The position numbers and the translations under genes are program-made. From Octopus vulgaris (taxonomy: Eukaryota): a DNA stretch of 64,000 bases. The stretch is from assembly GCA_951406725.2 (NCBI GenBank), contig CATOCA020000001.1:7564001-7628000 (forward strand), read 5' to 3'. This document shows positions 12,912 to 22,559 of the stretch, in pieces (position 1 is the stretch's first letter; each line of letters starts with the position of its first letter). Under the pieces are notes generated by a model, which worked only from the letters and a program-made list of their open reading frames with translations, was not told the origin of the DNA and did not search any database.

Positions 12912-14026
12912 CAGAATCGAAATCGATCAATGGAAATTGCAGCCGATTTACCAGTGCCGGTGGCACGTAAGAGAACCATCCGAATGTGGGCGTTGCCAGC
13001 GCCGCCTAGACTGGCCTCGAGCCGGTGGCACGTAAAAAGCACCATCCGTTCGTGGCCGTTGCCAGCCTCGCCTGGCCCCCGTACCGGTGGCACGTAAAAA
13101 AAGCACCATCCATTCGTGGCCGTTTGCAAGACTTGTCTGGCACCACCATCCGTTTGTGGCCGCTGCAAGCGCCGCCCCGACTGGCCTCGTGCTGGTGGCA
13201 TGTAAAAAGATCCATCCGTTCATGGCCGTTGCCAGACTCGCCTGGCTCCCGTACCGGTGGCACGTAAAAAGCACCATCCGTCCGTGGCCGTTTGCCAGCT
13301 CCATCTGGCACCTGTGCGGGTGGCACGTAAAAAGCACCCACTACACTCACGGAGTGGTTGGCGTTAGGAAGGGCATCCAGCTGTAGAAACATTGCCAGAT
13401 CAGATTGGAGCCTGGCACAGCCTCCTGGCTTCCCAGATCCCCGGTCGAACCGTCCAACCCATGCTAGCATGGGGAACGGACGTTAAACGATGATGATGAT
13501 GATGATAATTACAATGATGGCCGAAGCCAGTGCCGCCTCGACTGGCTTCCGTGCAGGTGGCACATAAAATACACCAATCCGACCGTGGCCGATGCCAGCC
13601 TCGCCTGGCACCTGAGCCGGTGGCACGTAAAAAGCACCCACTACACTCACGGAGTGGTTGGCGTTAGGAAGAGCATCCAGCCGTAGAAACACTGCCAGAT
13701 CAGACTGGGCCTGATGCAGCCTTCTGGCTTCACAGACCCCAGTTGAACCGTCCAACCCGTGCTAGCATGGAAAACGGACGTTAATCGATGATATGATGAT
13801 ATATATATATATATATATATATATGTAGCACCCACTACACTCTCGGAGTGGTTGGCGTTAGGAAGTGCATCCAGCTGTAGAAACACTGCCAGATCAGACT
13901 GGAGCCTGGTGCAGCCTTCTGGCTTCCCAGACCCTAGTTGAACTGTCCAACCCATGCTAGCATGGGAAACGGACTTTAAACGATGATATGATGATATATA
14001 TATATATATATATATATGTAGCACCC
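12912..14026 (+). mobile_element. Three consecutive RTE 3' UTR pieces, including a ~62-bp internal repeat array
   Basis: Repeated ggtggcacgtaaaaagcacc and gagtggttggcgttaggaagggcatccagc; (GAT)n tails at ~13490, ~13790 and ~13985. Confidence 0.85.
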
Positions 14027-14126
14027 NNNNNNNNNNNNNNNNNNNNNNNNNNNNNNNNNNNNNNNNNNNNNNNNNNNNNNNNNNNNNNNNNNNNNNNNNN
14101 NNNNNNNNNNNNNNNNNNNNNNNNNN
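14027..14126. other. Assembly gap (100 N)
   Basis: Run of N. Confidence 1.
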
Positions 14127-14777
14127 TGGTTCCGGTTTCAGCATGGCAGCGCAGGAAAGTGTCTTCTACTATATCCTCGATCCGAAAAAAGCTTTTTGAG
14201 CGGATTTGGTAGACGGAAACTGAAAGAAGCCCGTTGTATATGTATATGTTTGTGTGTCTGTGCTTGTGCACCCACCATCGCTTGACAACCGATGTTGGAG
14301 TGTTTACGTCTCCAAAATATAGCGGTCCGGCAAAGAAGAATGATAGAATAAGTAATAGGCTTACAAAGAATTAATGCTGAGGTTGATTTGTTCGACTGAA
14401 GACAAACTCTAGTATGGCCGCATTTAAGGGACTGAAACGAATAAAAGAAAAATATATGCATATAAATATATACATTTGTGTGTGTGTGCATATATGTGTA
14501 AAATATGTATGTATATATATATATATGCATGTGTGTGTGTATGTATGTAATTTATGTGTATGTATGTATGTATATTTATATATATATATATATCTGTGTG
14601 TGTTTGCATTATATGTATGTATGTATATATATGTATGTATGTATAATTAGCTTGCAAACCAACCATATGGTTCCAGGTTCAGTCCCACTACATGGCACCT
14701 TCGACAATTGTCTTCTGCTATAGCATCGTTTCCGACCAGAGCCTTTTGAGTGGATTTGGTAGACGGAAACCGAAAGA
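14127..14777 (+). mobile_element. Two older, diverged SINE A copies (14127-14450, 14645-14777)
   Basis: The ggatttggtagacggaaac core and a diverged tail are recognisable. Confidence 0.75.
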
Positions 14778-14905
14778 TGTGTAATTAATATCTTTATCTC
14801 TCTATAGATTTAGAATTTTTATTCTCCTGTCATTATTCTTCTGTCATCTGATTAATTCTTTTATATTCCGTGAATTCTCTGTCTGGAACTACCCTGCATA
14901 CACGT

Positions 14906-14945
14906 GGTCTCTGACGACGGACTACCCTGTCCGGAGATGCTGACC
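14906..14945 (+). ncRNA. Degenerate minimal hammerhead-like motif (Penelope pLTR type)
   Basis: ggtct-CTGACGA-cggac-taccct-gtccg-GAGA-tgct-gacc: stem I and stem II pair, but the GAAA box reads GAGA. Confidence 0.4.
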
Positions 14946-15104
14946 CATCACCTGTGTTATCCCAGATACTGTGACTTTAATTACTTCTACTTCTCCATTT
15001 TTCATTCAACTCTAATTAAATATTCTAAATGACCCGAGATACTCGACCTGCTTTGATTTTCATTTATTTTCCTTTAATATGTATGTATGTATGTATGTAT
15101 GTAG

Positions 15105-15187
<83 letters not shown>

Positions 15188-15243
15188 TATGTACGTATTT
15201 GTATATATATAAATTTATATATATATATGTATGTATATATGTA

Positions 15244-15336
<93 letters not shown>

Positions 15337-15721
15337 GTATTTGTGTGTGTGTGTGTACGACAAGCTTCTTTCACTGTCCGTCTTGTTTATAGCAGAGATC
15401 GTTTCCTCTAGGTGCCACGCGGTGGCACTGAACCAGAAACAAACTGCTGACCACACAGCCACGCCTATACCTGTAACGCTTGTCTACGTGTCTAATGAGT
15501 GTGTGTCCATACATATATCACTATATACACGTTTCTAATTATATGTGTGTAAGTATGCATGTGTGTGCCTGTGTATATACAGATAATTCGATTGAATGTT
15601 AAGGTATCGGACGATGCCAGGCAGAGAGATTATGACGTCACAAGAACAAAATAGATTTAAAGAGAGTGCTTGTCATTCTCTTCTCTTCTCTCACTCTCTC
15701 CCCAAACCTTTCTTCTCTCAG

Positions 15722-15878
15722 AATAATAACATCGAAAAAGACCTTAGAAATGAGAACCTAGGTTCGAAATTTCCCCACGACACCTGATGAAAGCTGGAGG
15801 GTATATCAGCCGAAGCGTTGTGTTTACAACAAACAAGATGAGGACGAATATCCGTCAAATGTAAATAATGTAAATAAG
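15722..15878 (+). mobile_element. Probable Penelope-like pseudo-LTR fragment with a minimal hammerhead (15779-15824)
   Basis: gacac-CTGATGA-aagctg-gagggtatat-cagcc-GAAG-cgtt-gtgtt: type-I topology with a minimal stem III; GAAA reads GAAG. Ends in aaatgtaaataatgtaaataa. Confidence 0.6.
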
Positions 15879-16109
15879 AAGTTTTATCGTTTCAAATTTT
15901 TTAATTCTTTGCTTGTTTCAGCGTATTTTTGACCACCAAACTGACCAAGATTTTATTTTTAGCTGCATTACTAAAGGCATTATGTGACTTCGGACTGTTC
16001 ATTGCTTATACTGTCAATATAGTCGAGTGAAATACTTGACGTGTATCTAAAGGAAATGTTGACCGGCCATAATCAAGGATATTCTGTTCGATAACAGCTT
16101 CAAAGGGCG

Positions 16110-16156
<47 letters not shown>

Positions 16157-16178
16157 TGTGTGTGTGTGTATGTATATA

Positions 16179-16228
<50 letters not shown>

Positions 16229-16286
16229 TATACATTTAAATATTTGTTGTGCAAGAATTCTTATGTGAAGTCGTGTGTTGAAACAG

Positions 16287-16721
16287 ATATTGTTATATTT
16301 CGGAATGGTCACATTGCCAGTTTAGCCAATAAAAACACACGCACTATATATTTGGTGTTATTTTGCTTCAGTGATATTTATTTTTTACATTAATCTTAAT
16401 CTTATTTCGGACAAAGTTCTTTCGTCACACTCCTGTGACCGCATCAGTGGTCCTTTGTTTTCTTCTCACTTATTTGTGTCTCTCCTTACTAACCGTCTTA
16501 CAAAATGGCTGACGTTTAGTAAGGAGAGACACAAATAAGTGAGAAGAAAACAAAGGACCACTGATGCGGTCACAGGAGTGTGACGAAAGAACTTTGTCCG
16601 AAATAAGATTAAGATTAATGTAAAAAATAAATATCACTGAAGCAAAATAACACCAAATATATAGTGCGTGTGTTTTTATTGGCTAAACTGGCAATATGAC
16701 CATTCCGAAATATAACAATAT
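16287..16721. repeat. Near-perfect palindrome: 211-bp arms with a 13-bp spacer
   Basis: 16287-16497 is the reverse complement of 16511-16721; two mismatches were found by eye. Confidence 0.95.
16555..16599 (+). ncRNA. Hammerhead-like motif in the palindrome arm (mirror copy on the minus strand at ~16409-16453)
   Basis: ggacca-CTGATGC-g-gtcaca-ggag-tgtgac-GAAA-gaactt-tgtcc: 6-bp stem II and a bulged stem I; the core has C at the canonical A9. Confidence 0.5.
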
Positions 16722-16732
16722 ATATATACATT

Positions 16733-16781
<49 letters not shown>

Positions 16782-16827
16782 TCATACATATATATATGTA
16801 TATATTTATATATATATATATATATAC

Positions 16828-16947
16828 ATTGACCTGCTCGCTTAGCCAGCGGGGTGGCGTCATTCGAAGGCTAAAATAATGCGAACGCATTGTGACCAGC
16901 AATGTGTAGCAACATCTGATGGTCTAGTCGGACACGTGATCACGTGA

Positions 16948-16948
<1 letters not shown>
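16828..16948 (+). mobile_element. Short retroposon 3' tail (tail E)
   Basis: A second copy at 18165-18255 shares gcgtcatt.gaaggctaaaa.aat...gcattgt..ccagc.atgt..agca.catctga. Confidence 0.6.
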
Positions 16949-16978
<30 letters not shown>

Positions 16979-17031
16979 GTTTATATATATACGTATGTAT
17001 ATAAATATATTTATATATATATATGTATATA

Positions 17032-17068
<37 letters not shown>

Positions 17069-17111
17069 GTACATACATATATACATACATATACATACAC
17101 ACACACACAAA

Positions 17112-17167
<56 letters not shown>

Positions 17168-17169
17168 AG

Positions 17170-17600
17170 AGGTATTTTAAGTACTTTGTAAGGAAATAAA
17201 ATGAAATGTCAGTTGGAATTGATCCAAAAGCCATAGAAACCCTTGCTTCAGACCGAGTTCAATGGCAAACAAAATTGCATTGAAAGTTTTGAAGTAGCCA
17301 GGATGACCCAATCAAAACTGAAAACAAAATCAATGAAAAATGTTATTATCAACGAGAAAATGAAATTCAACAATTTCTTTTGTGTGTGGAGAATATTTTC
17401 TGAAAATTCTATTTCTGGACCATATCTCATTTGCGAAGCCATACAAAACGAACCTCCACCAACTATTCTGCGTATATGTCTGTGCACACATTTCAATACT
17501 CTGTATGCCAGAAGGTCTGAAAATCTAAGGGACGTCTCAATACACTTTAGGACCCACAAAGATCACAGCTCATCTGCACCACTTGGTCATACAAACCGGG
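17170..17600 (+). pseudogene. Decayed RTE-clade ORF C-terminus with zinc-finger remnants
   Basis: [18 protein letters not shown]...FEVARM..., then in shifted frames ISHLRSH...VCQKV*KSKG...HFRTH. Confidence 0.6.
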
Positions 17601-17696
17601 CATGCATATGTATGTGCATGTATATAAATATAAATGTAAATGTAAATATAAATATATGTATATATATGTATATATATGTATATATATATGTATGTA

Positions 17697-18015
17697 TAGG
17701 CGCAGGAGTGGCTGTGTGGTAATTATTTTGTTTACCAACCATATGGTTTCGTGTTCATTCCCACTCCGTGTCATCTTGGGCAAGTATCTTCTACTATAGC
17801 CTCGGGGAGACCAGCGCCCTGTGAGTGGATTTGGTAGATGAAAACTGTATCTGTATTTGTCCCCCCAAGATCGCTTGACAACCGATGGTGGTGTGTTCGG
17901 CAAATGAGACCGATAGAATAAGTACTAGGCTCCCAAAGAATAGGTCCTGGGGTAGATTTGATCGACTAAAGAGCGATGCTCCAGCATGGCTGCAGTCAAA
18001 TGACTGAAACGAGAA
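17697..18015 (+). mobile_element. Diverged SINE A
   Basis: From the head ggcgcaggagtggctgtgtgg to the tail cagtcaaatgactgaaac. Confidence 0.85.
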
Positions 18016-18031
18016 ATATATATATATATAA

Positions 18032-18079
<48 letters not shown>

Positions 18080-18084
18080 AATAT

Positions 18085-18258
18085 ATGGCCCAGTGGTTAG
18101 TGCAGCTCCACGGAGGTGGTGTGATCCTGCTGTACTCTTCGCCACAACGGTCTTTCTTCTGTTGGTCGCTTAGAGGTTGCGTCATTGAAGGCTAAAACAA
18201 TACGGCATTGTACCAGCGATGTAGCAGCATCTGACAGCCTGGTGGTCACGGTGAGGGT
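18085..18258 (+). mobile_element. SINE B-type head joined to tail E, heavily deleted
   Basis: atggcccagtggttagtgcagc...cctgctgtactctt (family B), then sequence matching 16835-16945. Confidence 0.6.
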
Positions 18259-18348
18259 GTTATATATATATATATATGTATATATGCATACATACATACA
18301 TACATATATATATGTATGCATACATACATACATACATACCTACATACA

Positions 18349-18379
<31 letters not shown>

Positions 18380-18440
18380 GTGTGTGTATGTATGTATATA
18401 TGTGTGTGTGCGTGCCTCTATGTGTATATATATATGTATG

Positions 18441-18476
<36 letters not shown>

Positions 18477-18549
18477 TACATACATACATACATATATATA
18501 TACACATAGAGTCACGCACACACACATATATACATACATACACACATAC

Positions 18550-18580
<31 letters not shown>

Positions 18581-19349
18581 TGTATGTATGTATGTATGTA
18601 TGTGTGCATATCTTTTGTTTTTCCTGAGTCAGTTATTAAACTGCAATCATGCTGGAGCAACAATTTGTAAAGATTTAACCCAAAATAATTTACTCCGGCA
18701 ATTTTTCTTTAGCCTACGTCTTATTCTATCGGATGTCTTTTGCCGAACCGCTACATAATGGAGACAAACACAGATACAAAGAGAGAAAGAGAGACAAAGA
18801 GTGAGAGAATGAGGCAAATAAACATGTGAAACTTCTTGGGATTGATATATAAAATAAATATCAATGGATAGATGTTAGCAGAGAGGAAGCAAAGATTGAG
18901 GATGTTCCACTCTCTGCTTTGTCTTTATCTCCGTGTATCCATGGATTTCTGTTGCAGCCACTCTTCATGTCGGGGACTTGGTCGTCGGTAAAGCTTTCCG
19001 AGTCGAAGTTGAATCTGTTTGGTAGCTGCTAAGTGTTTTCTACATTGAGAATCTCTTGAGATCTGTTCAATCTCTCTTTCTCGCTCTCTCTCTCTTTCTC
19101 TCTCTCTCTCTATCTATCTATCTCTCTCTCTCTCTCTATCTATCTATCTCTCTTTCTCTCTCTCTCTGACGTCTGTATATATATATGAATATATTTGTGT
19201 GTGTGTGTGTGTGTGTGTGTTTATATATGTATGTATAGATGTATGCATATGCTTATAGTATATATTTATTGAATATATATATATATATACATGTGTATCT
19301 ATATATATATATATGTGTGTGTGTGTATTTCTTTCTTTCTTTTCTTATT

Positions 19350-19915
19350 CTCTTACTTGTTTCAGTCGTTTGACTGCGGCCATGCTGGAGCACCGCCTTT
19401 AGTCGAGCAAATCGACCCCGGGACTTATTCTTTGTAAGCCTAGTACTTATTCTATCAGTCTATTTTGCCGAACCGCTAAGTGACGGGGACGTAAACACAC
19501 CAGCATAGGTTGTCAAGCAATGCTAGAGGGACAAACACAGGTACATAAACATATACACATATGCATTACATATATACGACAGGCTTCTTTCAGTTTCCGT
19601 CTACCAAATCCACTCACAAGGCATTGGTTGGCCTGAGGCTATAGCAGAAGACATTTGCCCAAGATGCCACGCAGTGGGACTGAACCCGGAACCATGTGGT
19701 TGGTAAGCAAGCTACTTACCACACAGCCACCCCTAAGTCTATATACATATATACGACAGGCTTCTTTCAGTTTCCGTCTACCAAATCCACTCACAAGGCA
19801 TTGGTTGGCCTGAGGCTATAGCAGAAGACACTTGCCCAAGATGCCACGCAGTGGGACTGAACCCAGAACCATGTGGTTTGTTAGCAAGCTACTTACCACA
19901 CAGCCACTCCTGCGT
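19350..19915 (-). mobile_element. SINE A full copy plus a tandem duplicate of its 5' half
   Basis: 19572-19732 is repeated at 19750-19912. Confidence 0.9.
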
Positions 19916-20108
19916 CTATGTATATATATATGCACACACATACATACGGAACCTTCACAGCTGCTCTACTGCTTGTCATCGCCCTTAAGATGAAACTTTA
20001 ATTTAACAGTTCAAGGGCAATAACTCTTGTAGAATAAGATGTATTACCTCCCTTAATGTTGTTAATTAAATTCTCTCGTTTGGGTCCAATTTTTCTTTCC
20101 GTCCTTCA

Positions 20109-20251
20109 TCTCTCTCTATATAAACGGCAGTTTGTCTGTGCGTGTTTCTGTGTGTCTGTTTGCTTGTACCCTCACCCTGACCACGGCTTTCAAAAAATGC
20201 TTTATAGTTATTTCCCTTACAAACCTGAGCAACGCCGGGCGATACTGCTAG
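20109..20251 (+). mobile_element. Internally deleted non-autonomous Helitron
   Basis: A|TC...hairpin cctgagcaacgccggg...CTAG|T, with the same termini as 32081-32464. Confidence 0.85.
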
Positions 20252-20461
20252 TTGACAATAAAACGAAGTGGCAAAGGTCGCTTCTTGCGTGTGTATGTTC
20301 GAGTGTAACTCAAACCGTTGATTCGCTTCCCCTTCTCTGACGCAGATAACCGTCTCTTTCGTGGGCCACAATATAAACATCCCGACAATTTGGCGAGTGT
20401 GTCCGTCTTTCAGTGGAATTGCTCAAACGGTGATTCGAAATCGATCCGCTTACCGTCGCCG

Positions 20462-20662
20462 TCGTTTGACTGCGGCCATGCTGGAGCACCGCCTTTAGTC
20501 GAGCAAATCGACTCCGGGACTTATTCTTTGTAAGCCTAGTACTTATTCTATCAGTCTCTTTTGCCGAACCGCTAAGTGACGGGGACGTAAACACACCAGC
20601 ATAGGTTGTCAAGCAATGCTAGAGGGACAACAACAGGCACACAAACATATACACATATGCAT
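20462..20662 (-). mobile_element. SINE A 3' half, near-identical to 19365-19566
   Basis: Shares the variants gtcgtttgactg, cagcataggttg and acacatatgcatt. Confidence 0.85.
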
Positions 20663-21129
20663 TCAGTCAGTCAGGCGGCCATCAGGCAGGCATTGGAGAG
20701 AGAGAGAGTGGGAGTGAGAGACGAAGAGAGAGAGGGAGAATGAGTAAGAGAGGGAGTGGGAGAAAGAGAGAAGGGGAGAGAGAGAAAGAGGAGAAAGAAA
20801 GAGATAGAGTGGGAGTGAGAGACAAAGAGAGATGGAGAATGAGTAAGAGAGAGAGTGGGAGAAATAGAGAAGGGAGAGAGAGGGAGGCAGATAGGGACAG
20901 AGAGAGAAAGAGGAGAAAGAGAGAGAGAGAGAGAGAAAAAGAGTGATAGAGTGGGAGTGAGAGAGAGAGAGAGAGAAACAGGCAGGAAGAGAGAGACGGG
21001 TGACACAACGGTGCCAGAGACACACAGACAGACAGAGATATATACAGTGAGAGAGAGAAAATAGAGTGACAGAGACAGGTAGGAGAGAGAGAGAGTCTTT
21101 TTTCATCGTATGAGAATAGCAAGTCAGAG

Positions 21130-21815
21130 GCAGGTATTAGTTCTTCCGTCGTTGTCGACGATGACCAAATACATTACATGGGAGAAGGAGATGGGTAACG
21201 GTGTGTCCGGCAGTTGTCGTCCAGTCCGATACGTGCTGGGAAGTCTTTGCCACAGGTCGGGCAATGGTTGTCTGCTGGGTCTGAAGGCAAGAAGCCGACT
21301 CTGGACCCGCATAATTGAAGCTTTCTTTGCTCTTGTAATACTTTTTCCTAGGGTGCAAGGTGTACGGGGTCAAGTAGTACCTCTGTCAAAGGCATATACA
21401 GTGACCTTTGGAGTAGTCCGTCCGCTTTGTTCCTCCTGTGACACCCACCTGTCACCTGTGAGTCATCAATGCTGTCTGCATGCAACAGTATCCACACCCA
21501 GGCTCACGGCTTCCACAGGCTGGCTAAACCATGGTAAGGGTAGCACACGGCCTTTAACCATTGGTGGACTAGGGCTTGTCTACCTAAGGATGTGATCCGG
21601 TTGAGTGTACTGAGGAAACCACTAGACAGGCTCAACGGACCAGCAAGCTTTGTGGAGGGTGAACTGCAACCTGTCTGTAGTTGTCTTGACTTCATCCTTC
21701 CACTGGAATCACATAGGAAAGGACGAGAGAGTGAGCCAGATGCTATCGTGCAACCTTCCCTAACTCTAATCCATGTCACGCTCAATTCAAGATATCACAC
21801 CATCCCAGGGTCAGG
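21130..21815 (-). mobile_element. Probable internally deleted RTE element (5' UTR-like part plus ORF end and 3' stem-loop)
   Basis: A minus frame reads CPTCGKDFPARIGLDDNCRTH...*, followed by tggtcatcgtcgacaacgacggaagaac, as in RTE/BovB-type ends. The 5' part is assigned by resemblance only. Confidence 0.6.
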
Positions 21816-21822
21816 TAAAATA

Positions 21823-22060
21823 TTGGGTTGGTGCATAATTATTGCGGCTTCTTTCAACAAATATTATTCCACAAAAACAATAAAAATATTTATCAAAAAC
21901 ATCTTTACATGATCGTCTATCAAGCGAATGGGAAGCAGTTATTGAAGTAGATGGTGAATATGCTCCGGAATAATCATTTAAAGATGTTTTTGTTACATGT
22001 TATTGTTTTTGTTGAATAAAATTTATTGAAAAAAGCCGCAATACTTATGCACCAACCCAA
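21823..22060 (+). mobile_element. Mariner-derived MITE
   Basis: TA flanks; TIRs ttgggttggtgcataattattgcggct / agccgcaatacttatgcaccaacccaa; internal RLSSEWEAVIEVDGEYAPE* resembles a mariner transposase C-terminus. Confidence 0.9.
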
Positions 22061-22559
22061 TATATGGACACACACACACACACACACACACGCGCGCGCG
22101 CGCACACACACACAAGTCGGACGACGGATGGAACAACGGTTTGCCTATTGATGAGAGAAACGGATATGAGGACACCTGGATGGAACGCCTCTTCAGAGAG
22201 CATCGTGCGGTGTGTGGAGGGAGAGAAAGGGACGGAGCGATGGCGAGTGATGCCTATTATTAAAAAGAGTGAGAATAATATAAAATAGTGTTTATAACAC
22301 ATTATCGATAAATATCGAACATTGATCAATGGAATTAGTACAGATTGCGACTCCACGTCACTGATTCGTTTTTTATTTCGCTTTTTCACATTTCCAATTC
22401 TTTACTTTTCCTTTCACTCTGCCTGCAATCATCACACAGTTTGCATGGTCGCTGGAGTGAAGTGGCTTAGAGGTTAGGGGTATTCGGCTTAGATTTGGGG
22501 TGATATATTAATATATGCTGAGGTGGGAGAGAGAGGATTTTCTAAGTACCCTTAATTTT

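Noticed and set aside
12950-13345. CRISPR-like repeat-spacer appearance
   Set aside because: The spacers are homologous to each other, the array lies in an RTE 3' UTR of a eukaryote, and there are no cas genes.
18860-19065. Complex unique sequence with ~55-codon open frames, a possible exon
   Set aside because: No recognisable protein motif or convincing pair of splice sites; RNA-seq would be needed.
20255-20462. CpG-rich unique segment with a minus-strand GTAAG donor-like site (a similar unique patch lies at 8225-8460)
   Set aside because: A single short motif with no supporting exon or ORF homology.
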